From the NCBI GenBank assembly GCA_030141605.1, contig JAQGDQ010000789.1, forward strand, positions 31,481 to 95,480: a DNA stretch of 64,000 nucleotides, read 5' to 3'. Below the pieces are notes generated by a model, which saw only the letters and a program-made list of their open reading frames with translations, did not search any database and was not told where the DNA came from. Source of the DNA: Tubiluchus corallicola. Taxonomy: Eukaryota; Animalia; Priapulida. This document shows positions 26,601 to 38,811 of this stretch, piece by piece; within the stretch, counting starts at the first letter, position 1, and every line of letters starts with the position of its first letter. The translations under genes and the position numbers were made by a program.

Positions 26601-29469
26601 TCGAATCCTGATTCCTTCTGGTGTCTCTGGGTTTGGCTTCGCAATGACATTATATGCGCGGACTATATGCTGTGTGTCAGCCTCGACTTGTCACAGATGC
26701 GAACTCAATTTAGTATTTAATTTTCAATTAACTAATTGACTATTAGTCATTATTTTGATTTGTATTTTTAAACATAATTTTTCATTGGCACTAAATATTG
26801 CCGTGGTGACACCTGATAACAAAATTTGCAGTTATCGCTTAATATTTTGCTACCGCTATATGTTTTGTATGGAATTAGGTCACTTAGCTTCCTCAGTTTA
26901 ATGCAGTGGTTTTTCACACTAGATAGCAGGAATAGAGCTTAAACAACGATCATAGACAAATGGGTGTTAAAAACAACGTTTTCCTCAAATGCCATGATAG
27001 ATTTGTTGATAGAAATGAACAGATTAACTGTGACTGTTCTTGACTAATGTACATTATGTTTACCATTTTTGTGTATATGTGGATCGACTATGGGACTACG
27101 AGTATGACAAAAATACAGATTGTAAAGTTAAACTATGTTTTCATCAATTGATTAACAACAGCTTTCAGTCATTTTTCATTTATTCTCAAACTCGGCCAAG
27201 CACGGTCAAGTGCAAAATGGCTTAGTTTCAGCAGGATAATAAGAAAAGCAAGACAATAAACAAGTCTTGTTCAAATATAAAAGCAGTTCATACTCGAAAA
27301 ATTCTTTTCCTGGCGATGTTTGCTGTGCCGAAAAATTCGTAGGCAAATTTCCATTCGCGCAGTAGACAGTATTCCACGGGTGTCCACAAGTGGCCCAAGG
27401 CAAATTAGCAGTGAAAGATGAGAAGAAATAGTAAAATGCCCAGCTGACGATGATGTTGTAGTAGAACGCTACATAGAATGATATCAAACATGAGGCAAAC
27501 CCAGCGCCTGTAAAAGATTTGGTTTGATTGACTGACTGATTTTTTTTATAGATTTAGTCGATCTGTACTAAATATACTTTTAATTAAAATGGAAATGTAT
27601 AGTACAAACTAAAAGTTTACGGATTTTAGATTTTACATAAATATAAAATAAACTGTATATAATAGGAGAAAGGGAAAAGTCCTTCCAGGTTAAAGTCTCT
27701 TAGTAGAAGAGTTTCAGTAAATTCAGCTAAGTTTAACACCTTGTCTCACTAGTTATTTCATAATCAGAGTCACAATTTTGAACAGGCTTGAAAATGCCGA
27801 CATTATGCATTTTGCGCATTAAATTTATGGCGGCTTGTAAAATTTGATCGGATTTCTGCAAAAAATCTCATTTGAACTGGCAACAATATGTTCAGGCAGA
27901 GCATGTCTTGACAAATCTGTTTCTAAAACGTAATTTGCTAACATCCAATTTGAATAATTTACTAAATAATTTATTAAATTTTACCAAAATAAAAAGTGCC
28001 ATTAAGCAAATACATTGTGCTATATCTTCGTAAAAATGTGAGTTTTTCTAACTACTAAGCGATATTGTTTTTATTATTTAGTTATGCACACCTAAACTAT
28101 ATATATATATGTATATGTATAGTTTGTGGGACATTTTCTTTGCTCAGTGAAACCTATAAATTAATCATACCTTTAAATAAGGGGCATAAGGTATTCCAGA
28201 TCCCAAGGCAACCTCTTCTGTGAAACTGTCCAATAATCAACTCAAGATACATCAATGGCATGCCAATCAGAAACAACATCAACAGATAAGGAATTAAAAA
28301 TACAGCTGAAAAGCAAAAGAATAAATTGATGAAAATAAATGCATGTTGCTAAATCGCGCAGGCAACAGCATGCACACATAAATTTTTTCTAATGGGCAGT
28401 AGCATGCACACCTAAACTTTTCCTAGTAGGCAGCAGCATGCACACCTAGACTTTTCCTAATGGGCAGTAGCATACACATCTAAATTTTTCCTAATGGGCA
28501 GCAGCATACACACCTAAACTTTTCATAATAGGGGCAGCATACACACCTAAACTTTTCTTAATAGGGGCAGCATACACACCTAAACTTTTCCTAATGGGGA
28601 GGAGCATACACACCTAAACTTTTCCTGATAGAGAGCAACTAGCATTCTTCGACAAGGTTTTGAGGAGTATATAAGGTAAGCGTTTTATCAGCATTGTTGA
28701 CTTCCTCAGCAACTCAGCGAAATAAAATTTCTACAATAGAAAGAGAAGATAAATTGAATCTAAAACATTATCGTCTCTTGCTGTTGTTGAAATTTTATTT
28801 TAATAGGACTTTCTGAGGAAGTCAACAGCGTTGATGAAACGTTCATGATCATCAATAAAGTTCGTTAACAGCACAATAATCCCAGTCTTCATTAATGAAG
28901 AATAATAAAATAATCCTAAAATAAACCATAGTAACATTAACCATTTTAGATGAGGCACGTACCTCCTCCGTGTATGTAGCACAGAAACGGAAATCTCCAG
29001 AAGTTTCCCAAACCAACAGCGTAGCCAATAAGAGACAAAAGCGATTCCAACTGCGTGTCCCATTCTAATCTTTCGCCCGTTTTTTCTCGCTCAAGCTCTG
29101 CCCTTTTTCTCTCTTTTTCTGGGACGAAATAGAACGCCTGTCCAAGGGCAACGGAATAAGTTGCTGGTGGCTGCACGGAACCAAAAATATTCAAAAATTA
29201 ATTATTTCGAGTGTTTTCAACGTTCTTTATCTGTAACTTAGCAGTATATTACACGTGTACAAAGCACTTTATTTTGAACTGGCCGGTAATCGGTTAATTG
29301 AAGTCAAATGTTATTTAAAGGAAAGGACAAGAAACTTAGCATGTTGGGTTTATTTTACCGTTATCACTAAAACCTAGAAAAATTTAACAAAGAAATTTGC
29401 AAAAACCTGTACGTAAAGCATAAATTTTACACCAGTACAAAGATCTTCAGGTCCAGTGGCAGCCGCCAT
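13283..29469 (-). CDS. SLC6/NSS transporter paralog A: monoamine-transporter-derived, with TM1 Asp->Gly and TM8 Asp->Gly; 15 coding exons, ~614 aa
   Basis: Exons (minus strand): 29469-29407 (tentative), 29170-28963, 28305-28171, 27507-27294, 24248-24110, 23600-23466, 22524-22421, 21691-21567, 21464-21352, 19861-19721, 18725-18626, 16683-16583, 15051-14914, 13673-13569, 13306-13283 (sum 1845 nt, in frame, all GT-AG). Motifs: [64 protein letters not shown]-terminus LRHWISI*. Confidence 0.93.
14565..14764. mobile_element. MITE with ~28-bp terminal inverted repeats (PIF/Harbinger-like)
   Basis: Left GTGGCATTTACCTGACATCCGGAATGCGT versus right ACGCATTCCGGATGTCTGGTAAACGCCCAC. A related partial copy lies at 34289-34455. 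Confidence 0.75.
17308..17550. repeat. (CTTA)n/(CTCA)n microsatellite
   Basis: Direct reading. Confidence 0.95.
19235..19592. mobile_element. Fold-back/MITE element with long imperfect inverted arms and a central AAGATCTTGA repeat
   Basis: GAGCTTTTGTCCTTCACGGA..CAGCTGAAATCTACTTGTATGGCCTAGA versus TCTAGACTATACAAGCAGATTTATGCTGACGAAGTCCGCGAAGGACGA..AAAGCTC. A homologous copy lies at 47812-48092. Confidence 0.75.
20565..20737. repeat. Compound (AGT)n-(AGTACT)n-(ACT)n microsatellite
   Basis: Direct reading. The poly-S/poly-T ORFs here are artefacts. Confidence 0.95.
24357..24545 (+). mobile_element. tRNA-derived SINE-like or Pol III-type sequence with widely spaced box A and box B
   Basis: Box A-like TAGCCGAGCGG (24358) and box B-like GGTTCGAATCA (24458), with an internal hairpin GGTAC..GTACC. 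Confidence 0.4.
26151..26220. mobile_element. Possible hAT-type MITE terminus
   Basis: CAGGGCTGACCCTACC...GTCGCCTAGGGCGCCAAA resembles common hAT MITE ends. Other end not found. Confidence 0.25.
28362..28640. repeat. Minisatellite, ~32-33-bp unit, ~8 copies
   Basis: Repeated GCAGCATACACACCTAAACTTTTCCTAATGG variants in intron 2 of paralog A. Confidence 0.92.
28681..28841. repeat. Imperfect ~29-bp inverted repeat with ~100-bp spacer
   Basis: CGTTTTATCAGCATTGTTGACTTCCTCAG (28681-28709) versus CTGAGGAAGTCAACAGCGTTGATGAAACG (28813-28841). Confidence 0.7.
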
Positions 29470-30019
29470 TCACTTGAAAATTGTGACGTAACAGGTCGAA
29501 TATCGTCACTTTTCGTGAACGCATCGTTGCTTTCCGTAAGAGCACGCTGCATAAACTAATTCATACTTCTACAGCCTTCCTAATATTTGCTTCCAGAAAT
29601 ATCACAAAACTAACTATCTAATTTTTAGGAAAAGATATTATACTTTTAACGGAAATTAACAGGGCGTTGGTTTTCTTCAGTCGATCAACGACGTCATTGG
29701 TGACTGTTCAAAATGAAAGCGCTCAAATGTGAATGATCGTGACTTTACTAAAGCGATTTTACTAATTACACGAGGCGTTTATTACATTTTCGTCCTTCTA
29801 ACAGTTTTCGCGAACACCGAAATAATCGTAACATGGCTTGGCCTTTCCTTTAACTCAAGCCTGCCTTCAATACAATGACTTATTTATTTGAAACTGTTTA
29901 TCGTAACTGCGACGTTATCAGCGAATTCATTATAAGAAATTTTAGATTGTTATAATTGGAACTACTGCCACTTTAGTGTCTAACTAACATGAAGCGTTCT
30001 AGGTCCGTCAAGATGAGAA

Positions 30020-30310
30020 AAGTCTCTCAGAAGTGGACAAGGGAGAAAAGTGAGTATTGAGAAACGTGGACAGTGCGAAATGTGGACATTAGGAAAAAGT
30101 GGGCAGTGAGAAAAGCAGACAAGACTAAGAGAGAAGTGAGAATAGTAGACAGTAAGAAAAATGAACAGCGAGACAGCGGACAGTGAGAAAAGTAGAAAAT
30201 GAGTAAGTGACCGGTGGACAAAGTAGTGGACAAAGAGTAGTGGACAAAGAGAGAAGTGGACAGTGAGCAAACTGAGCACTGAGAAATGTCAACAATGAGA
30301 GAAGTGGATA
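30020..30310. repeat. Degenerate purine-rich tandem repeat (~16-bp GAGAAAAGTGGACAGT-like unit)
   Basis: Recurrent AAGTGGACAGTGAGA / AAAAGTG motifs. Confidence 0.7.
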
Positions 30311-30319
30311 TTACAATTA

Positions 30320-30475
30320 ATGATTATTATTATTAGCGATGTTACAAACCGCAGTTAATTAAATTTTGATACCAAACTTGAAAAACAGGAAACGAGAAAA
30401 AGTTAGTATGCACACTGGATTTTAACCACGGACCTTCAGCTCACATTGCAGACCCCTTAAACCACTAGGCCATCA
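30320..30475 (-). mobile_element. tRNA-derived repeat family copy
   Basis: Minus strand: box A GATGGCCTAGTGGTTTAA, box B GGTTAAAATCC, then the family tail TTTGGTATCAAAATTTAATTAACTGCGGTTTGTAACATC. Homologous to 58963-59100 and 44655-44785. Confidence 0.7.
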
Positions 30476-30630
30476 TATCTCTCAGCGGTCAGGACAGTCC
30501 AAAGTTAATCCTTTTTTCTGGCCGACCATATTCAGCATTTTGAAAGTTAGATCGCTCACGCTACAGTAATTGTAACTAACTGGACATATTTTTTATTTTG
30601 ATCAATTTTGATTCTGAATTTTCGATGGAT

Positions 30631-30800
30631 GATTAATTATTATAATCTTAATAAGAAGATTTTTATTAATGATGTTACAAACCTACAATTAATAAAATTT
30701 TAATACTGTACCACTTAATACTGTATTAAGACGGGAAATGTGGAAAAAATTCCAGGCAAAAAGCCAGGCTAGTTTTCAGCCAGGTGATTTAAACAGTGAA
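30631..30800 (-). mobile_element. tRNA-derived repeat family, partial copy
   Basis: ATTAATGATGTTACAAACCTACAATTAATAAAATTTTAATAC and TTAATTATTATAATCTTA match the family tail. Confidence 0.55.
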
Positions 30801-30827
30801 CTTTTACTTGGGCTGCGGATTGTAACG

Positions 30828-31225
30828 TCAAAGTAGGCATTGAAAAAAAGTAAACAGTGAGAAAAGTAGGTATTGAATGATGTAAATAGTGAGAAAAGTG
30901 TGAATATTGAAAAAAGTAGGTAAAAGTGAATAGTGAAAAAAGTATGCATTGAAAAAAGTGAATAGTAAGAAAAGTGGGTATTGAAAAAAGTGAATAGTGA
31001 GAAAAGTGGATATTGAAAAAGTGAATAGTGAGAAAAGTGGATATTGAAAAAGTGAATAGTGAGGAAAGTGGGCATTGAAAAAAGTGAATAGTGAGAAAAG
31101 TGGGTATTGAAAAAAGTGAATAGTGAGAAAAGTGGATATTGAAAAAGTGAATAGTGAGGAAAGTGGGCATTGAAAAAAGTGAATAGTGAGGAAAGTGGGT
31201 TTTGAAAAAAGTGAATAGTGGAAAA
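30828..31225. repeat. Minisatellite, ~31-32-bp unit, ~12 copies
   Basis: Repeated GAAAAAAGTGAATAGTGAGAAAAGTGGGTATT. The three overlapping F/H/S-rich ORFs are artefacts of this repeat. Confidence 0.95.
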
Positions 31226-32722
31226 ATGGATTGGTAATGTGGTACAGACTGGTGATTAAATTAGGTAACAATTTTTGGTGCATCTTAACTCTGAATTTTG
31301 TCCTCTATCCCAGTGGTAATTTTTTTTAAAAACGCCCAGTTATAAATAAAATAACAGAATTTTTTAAACCTGATTTTCGTTTTGTGACCTGACGTCCATC
31401 TTTTCTTGCAACTCAAGTGGCGGATTCTCTTTCTCCATCTTGTCCTCTCTTCAAGTCCTTCACGAAACAAACGGCGAGATACGAAGTTGTTGACGCTTAA
31501 ATCAGCTTACAAACAGCACACGTCAGTGTTACATTATTAAAAGTAACTTTGATTTAAATATTTATAAAAAAATCTCATTCAAAACCGCAAAATTTGGTTT
31601 ATCGTAGTGTCAGCTGTGCTGCACAGAACACTCTCACAAATATTAACATACTCGTTTGCGCCATGAACCCTAGAAGTTGTAGCTGCTGCAATGTGGTTTT
31701 ATGTTCCCTGCCGGCTTATCAAGTTATTTAGGGGTTCCTCCCGCTTCTCTTGTTACAAAAAGTCTTAGACCAGCATCTTTCTAGGTCGGATGCTTATAAC
31801 TGGAACCGCTGCATGGCTTACTGGGTATAGTGTTTTCCTGAAATTGTAAATTCTGGCTTGTTATCTTACAACTCATAGTATTTGAGGTCAGAAGCGAGAA
31901 ACAAAATTGAATATAATTTTCCTGATCTAGTTATGATCTGAATAAGCACTTCATTTAAAATACAACTTTGTTTCTTACACAAATTACTTTTCCAAAAATC
32001 TGAATTTTTATATTTTCCGAATAATGAAAAGCTAGAATTAGATAAACAAATGAACTAAAGTGTCATATTTTTTCCTAAATGTTCTACTGCCCTACACACT
32101 GCACGTTCGATCGCACAGCCTTGCATTCCAGATATTTTCATAAAAACTGTGACGAATCCTTCGCAGTGCCACAGTTTTGGGCGACTACAATTGAATGATT
32201 ATTACAGACGATTTGAGATAGCAGTTGCTCCTACTTCAGTTGCACGTGTGTCAGCGTCTCATAATCCACTAGATAAGTATTGTGCACGTCTGTAAAATGT
32301 GTGTTTTGAAGGACAATTTGCTGCGCGTTGGCATCTGGCTATAGTAATATATGAAGTGATCCAATATCTTTAATCCAAAGTGTTTGATACAATAACACTA
32401 GAAAAAGATTGACAGATTGACTAAACCAGAGCTATATTTGCAGCCTAGTTTTACGCATGGTGCTGCAAGACACCGTCAAAATAAATTGATCCCGTGTGAA
32501 CTAGCTTCTGTTTACATTAGTGTTCTTCACATAAGAGAAATTGTTGCAACTGACAAGCTACAGAAAACAGAACCTGTGCTAAAATAAAAAACTTGTCAAA
32601 TAACAACTGGACTTAATTCGTTTTCCAGTTTTACCAAGATGGCAAGGCATTGTATATCTCCCTAGGTTGCTGAATTCAAATACGATAAAATGTTAGTTTT
32701 ACACCAGCTGCTGCTTACTCAC

Positions 32723-32930
32723 GTGTTGGCTGATTTCAAATTGCTGTAGGAGCCACTACAACTATTGTTGCTGTTACCGCCACTGCTGATTTTAGTGGCG
32801 CTGTCGTCATTGTTGCTCTTGACAGTTCAGAGCAACCAGTGTAACTTATTTAGGCAGCTTGAATGACAGCACTCAGTTTAAGTGATTTTAATACAGAATG
32901 CAAAAATGAGCAATTCACTTTTAATTTATA
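32723..32930 (-). promoter_or_regulatory. Putative TATA+Inr core promoter and non-coding first exon of paralog A
   Basis: Minus strand: TATAAA at 32930-32925, Inr-like GCATTC with A at 32899 (31 nt downstream), and a strong donor AC|GTGAGT at 32723/32722. A possible acceptor for the ATG exon is at 29546. Confidence 0.4.
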
Positions 32931-34288
32931 TCTACCTAAGTCAGCACCAATTAGCTGATTTTGGGCATCAAAAGTTACCGACATTTGAATATCAAGTTAG
33001 TCAATTTGATTGTTACTCGAATGGAATAGATTAAATTTTAGCTATGTTACGCCTGTCGTTAACAGTAAAAGTAGTTTACAAACTGCTAATACAGTACTCT
33101 AGCGTTCTCCACAATAGCGCAAAACGTGAAGTGAAAAGTGAAAATAATGTTTATTTTCATTAACCTGCATAAAAGCATTATAACCTAGAATCATTGACGT
33201 GTAGTAATAAACCCGTAAAATGTCAAAATTAGAAATCACAAACTTGAAAGCTAGTTATTTTGGCAATTTAACTTTATTTACTTATTTGAATTTCCGTTGT
33301 GGGTGTTTTTCCAATATGTTTTACTTAAACACTAAAATCGGTAAAGCACGTCTAAGTATTAAAAATTGCGTAAAGCATAAAATTTAGCATTACATGACAA
33401 TATGAGATCATTCGAAAAGCTGAAATAAAAGTCGGGATTTCAAAGGCGTTGAATTAAATACGTTGGACATTCAAAGCTGCAAAATTGAAATACGTTTGCA
33501 ATAAAATTTGATTTATGAATTCAAAAAAAATTCTAAGTACAATATAACACAGCTTATATAAAAGCAAACATAATTATGTACAACGGAATTTAATATAGTT
33601 ATAAATGCTTCCCTATGTCAAACTTGCATTAAACAATAACAAAATCTTAAATCAACAATTAAAACAATAAGCGCAATAAAACTATAAGTAAACAACACAT
33701 TACATGACATGCTATAATGAGTTTTTTATCGAAATTATTTTGAAAACATAGCTATATAACAGCTTAGTAACGCAATTATTGGCACGTGTTGGTTTGATAT
33801 AAGTACAGTCACAAAATTATATAGACAATTTGAAAGTCTAATGAATTTAGGAGAAAATCATTGGTAACACTGGAAAAGGAAGTTAAAATGTTTTTTCTGT
33901 GATCCGAAAAGCGTGAATATTCTTATGTGTTCGTGAACGCTTTACGCATTACTAAAGCCCATTGCGTTCTCTCTGCTATTTTTGGTCGGTGTTCGTAAAA
34001 AATTGAAGTAATAATTTTTGGAAGCCATGCCTCTGTCGAAATTTCAGCGTGACAGTATTCGCAGAGGTAACATTGTATTATTACACGTAAAAATTCAACA
34101 GAGTGCAGGTTTTGGGTGCATAAGATTTTGCAGGGAAAGCACAATACGGCATGTATAATCACTCAGTGAGTGAACAGCAACTAAATGCACATCAAACACG
34201 ATAGTACGCCTCTTCCAAATCTCGAAAACTCAAATGAAAGAAACGTTGCTGTGTATATGTCATAAAGTGACCAAAATTCACCAGGAAA

Positions 34289-34455
34289 CAGACAAAATCG
34301 GTTTATCATGTTTCAATGCACCCGTTTATCAGGCCTGCGTTATGCGTTATTTTTTCTGCGGCTATTTCCTATTGGTTTTTTATTCCGCACCTATTCCGCA
34401 GGGGGATAACGCATAAAGCATACACATTCCGGGCGATAGGTAAAAGCTGCTTTAA
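34289..34455. mobile_element. Partial copy of the 14565-14764 MITE
   Basis: Shares AAAATCGGTTTAT..TTTCAATGCAC.CGTTTAT...TTATGCGTTATTTTTTCTGC.G.TATTTCCT and the terminal CATTCCGG...GGTAAA. Confidence 0.7.
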
Positions 34456-34881
34456 CAGTATACTATAACAAGCGTAAAACTGCGTTTTCAGATTTTAATG
34501 CTACTGTAAAGAAACCTTTAAAAAATCATCGTACGATTTGTCATACCAACTTGTGCAAATTACATAATGCAGATGAGAGGTTTCAGAATTTGTCTTTATA
34601 TGCATAACAATCATCATTGTTACCATTAAACGATGGTAATAAAAATACATGTTCTCTATGTTAAATTTTGTTGTACACACACGATATAAATTTTAATAAC
34701 ATTTCAGTAAAAACCATAGGGTACATTATTAATGTTTACACAGTCTTACATAATACAGAATTTACAGACGTCTTGTACTGAAAATTGCACGATTAAAAAT
34801 CATATTATTCTATTATATGTATGATATGTATAGAAATTTACAAGCCTCATATAATTATGACGTTTTTGGTCTCCTTCGTCT

Positions 34882-37800
34882 TCATATTGAAATGTAATGT
34901 CTCGCCTGAAAACACAAACATAAACATATTAAAAAACTGAATATAGGGTGAAAAGTAAAAAATACATTTATATATTTAAATAACTACTAACTTTTAATGT
35001 TTGGTTTGGCCTAATAGTTTAAATATGGTTAACCAGAAAGCATTTATTGTAACCAATTGTTATTTTAAAAAGTTAGGCCTAGTTGTTTCATTGTTGTTTG
35101 ATAAGTAACAAATGAATTACTATATTGACTTTAATTTATCATCTTATTTCTCTGTGTTTTTACTGTAGCCTCGTCTTGAGCCTTTGTAGAAATAATTTTT
35201 AAGCTACCAAGTAAAAAATAAATTCTTACACTTGTCACTCATTACTCCTTCTTAATGAATGACCACAGATGGCAGCACATAAATTGAATCACTCTAATAG
35301 CTTACTCGAAATATTTAATGAATGTATATTTAATGAACATACACAATGTATTATATAATTTTGAAAACATCGTTCATTATGCCATTCACCGGGACATAGT
35401 GCAAGTACTAAAATGCAGCCACTGCATTTATAGGGATAAATTTTTCACACTTATCGATTCCATGTCGTAAGAACAGATGGCGCCACTTACCTGAAATCTT
35501 TTCACCACACGTGTTTGTTGCATGACTTCATGTTCATTTTCAGGTGTAAGACAAAGAGCCAACCGCTGCTCAGGCGTCCCTTTTGTTGTTAAATACTGAA
35601 AAAAAGTTGAAATAGACATAGTATTAGCAAGTGCAAGCCTCTCTTGTGAACTGCGGAACAGTGACTTTTTCAATATAGCGTGAAATACAAAGGTCTCTTT
35701 TATTGTGAGATATGGGAAATCACTGGCCCGCAGTTTAAAAGGGAGGCTTGCACTTGTTAATCAACTGGTCAATTAACGTTATAATTTTTTATTTATTTCT
35801 CGCAAAATTCAGTTTATATGCTGAGTACACAATAAAGTGAATCATGCTTCACACAAGTGTGAAAAGCTTGATGTATAGATCTTTTTTACATTGAAATTAA
35901 AACTTCGCATACAGCCATACTTTAGTCTCTACTCAACATCATTATCATGTATAAAATATAAAAATTTTAGTATATCCAGCTTTTTATTACTGTTTTATAC
36001 CTTTTAGACGTTTGTCGCTTAATTGTTTATTGCGACGTTAAAGTATGTCAAGCTACAGTAAGAAGACAAGAATGTGCAGCGACGGTCGACCATTCTGGCA
36101 GGTAAGCCAGTTTACCTACATAGAAGTGAGGCACTTTTCACATGCATTTTGTGCAGAGGTAATGCATTTCCAGCTCACATAAAAATATTTAAAAAAATGA
36201 ACAAAACTGGAAGTTTGTTATTGTTGCAGTCATTAGTTACTCGTTTGTGTAGTAACTCTATAAAGAGGTCTATTTCACCGTGTTGCTGGTCTCATTCATG
36301 TAAAAAGTTTTTAACAATTTTTCATAACGTCATGATAAAGTTCTGTATTGTGAATTTTTATGAAAAAAACGGATTCGTGGCAATGGTAATTTAAAGACTT
36401 TAAAGATTTAAACGAACTGACCGACTGACGGAAGCGCATTATATGAAGCCTAGCAGACGAGCTAGGTCCATGCCTACAAACACGAGTTTGTACATTTTAC
36501 AAGACAGCAAAATACGCATACATGCGTGTATGCAAATAACCCAATGCTTCACATTCCGGACTAGTTTTTTTGCTCAAGCTTTTTAGCTGAAAAAATACTG
36601 CGTAGAAAAGGAACTAAAGTTTCTTTTAAGCTTCTTTACCTCTATTTTAAAATTTCCCATTTTATAAGTTCTGTTTCGCTAAAAAATCTGCAAAGCCAAT
36701 GCGAATAAAGTTCTTTACGTTAACCGAGGTGTATAGTTTTTTTATAAACAACTAATAAACTTAAATTGCTGACCCTACCTTGTACACTGCATGAATTGGT
36801 ATTAAGATAGCCGAGGAAAGACAAATTAGCCATCCAAGTGCATTAGCCCACTTCGGATAAGTATAGTCTTCATATGTAAGTGGCGCATAGCCAATAATAC
36901 TGGCTAATATAATGCACTGAAACAAAATGTACTCAAATTAACGCTTAATTATAGGGCCATTATTAGAAATAAGTCTAAGATTTAATGTGTTGAAAAACTT
37001 CTGCAACCTTCGTGTAACTAATAACAAAAAAAATAAGTAAAGATCCGCATTACTTTGTAAATATTATATAAATATAGTAAAGATCCAGTATAAGATCGCT
37101 CAGATTTCACTCTTGGCTTATACTTCTTGACAAGAGGACACAATGTAGAAATATTCAATACGCAAAAAACACTTATTACTGCTGCCACAAATATGGACTT
37201 TCGTATTTTTGGTACTAAGTCTAAGTCACACTTCTTAAAGTGTGAACATTTCGTACATTCATGTTCCAATGACTCCTTTCTTTTTCGTTCTTTTTTCAGT
37301 GTTGTTCTTTTCTTTCGATGATTTATTACGTCAGCCTTTTACTTTTGCGTTGAATGTTTTCTTTCCAAACACACGAATGTTTGCTTGGTCAACTATGTTC
37401 ATTTGTGTGCTTTTGTCCAATTGTTCATCCTTCTTATATGAGTTTATTCATTTGTTATTTGTTTCTTTGTTCGCTGTTTGTTCACCCATTCGTTACTTCA
37501 TTTATTTGTTTATCTGCCAGCTAGCTAGTTATTTAACATGACAAAAGAAATTTGATGTTCTTCTGCATGTATGTCTGAAAATGTGACTGTAAGTTTTGTA
37601 AAAACATTTTCCTCGCTTTCAGCAGTTAAGTTAATAATTATAACTATAATATAGATTTTCATAAAACTTACAAAAATAAATATGGGACTCAAGAATTTCC
37701 AGCATATCCTCCAGTATATCCCAGGTCTGAAGTACATCATGGTTTGGACATCTCTACATAAATTCTCAATTCCTACACACAAAAACATAAATTGTACACA

Positions 37801-38716
37801 TACCTTTTAATATAATAACAGCGTAAATCGTCTATATTACTTTTTCAAACAATAAAAAAGACGTCAAGCAAATCAGGACTTGAACTCCAGACCTTGCGCT
37901 AAATACATACTTGCTTTAAAAGTTCTCAGATTACAACACTATCAACTCGTGCGGGCGTTTCATTGATGAAAAATGGCGTTATTTTCGCCTAGTTCCAATT
38001 CTTTGAAATTTAGTACACACGCCATAAAAATTAATGAAAAGTATAGAATTGCAAAAGCCACAAGGACGAAAAACAGGTATATTACCGCATGCTGACGTGG
38101 TTTTTATCTGCTTACCATAAAACCAAGATATTGCTACTGTCTCGAAGAACACAGCAATTAGAATGGATGTCCCAGCAGAGAACGAGTCCAATAAATGTAC
38201 TACGTAAGAACCGCCCTAAAAAGGAAAATGCCAAATAATCTTAGTAATGTAATATGAAGATGACGACGATAATGGCGGTAACGATGATGGCAGTGGCAAT
38301 GACAACGATCACGACCATGATGATGTTGATGATGATGACGACGAGAATGGCGATAACGATGATGATGAAAGTGACAAACGACGACGATGACGATGATGGT
38401 TATGATAATGATGATAGTGATTGTGTTGGCAATGATGGTAACAACAATGACGATGATGATGATGATGATGATGATGATGATAATTGTGGCGATGACGATG
38501 ATAATGACGATGTTGATGACGATGGTGATGGTGATGATTAAGATGATGATCATGATGATGATGATGAAGATAACGACAATGATGATGATGATGAAGATCA
38601 CGACACTGATGCTGATGATGGTGATTGTGACGATGACGTAGATTTTGACGATGATGATGATAATGATGATGGTGGTGATGGTGATGATGATGATGATGAT
38701 GATGATAATGATGATG

Positions 38717-38748
<32 letters not shown>

Positions 38749-38778
38749 GATGATGATGACGACGACGATGATGATGAC

Positions 38779-38811
<33 letters not shown>

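Noticed and set aside
28362-28640. Possible CRISPR-like array of ~33-bp repeats
   Set aside because: Units are adjacent with no spacers; an ordinary minisatellite.
13283-29469. Paralog A as a pseudogene or a chimera with a glycine transporter
   Set aside because: The frame is intact over 15 exons with canonical splice sites, and the altered exons align with paralog B on both sides of the substitutions.
30769-31283. Three overlapping repetitive ORFs, and a possible CRISPR-like array
   Set aside because: A contiguous ~31-32-bp minisatellite with no unique spacers, no cas genes, and a eukaryotic context.
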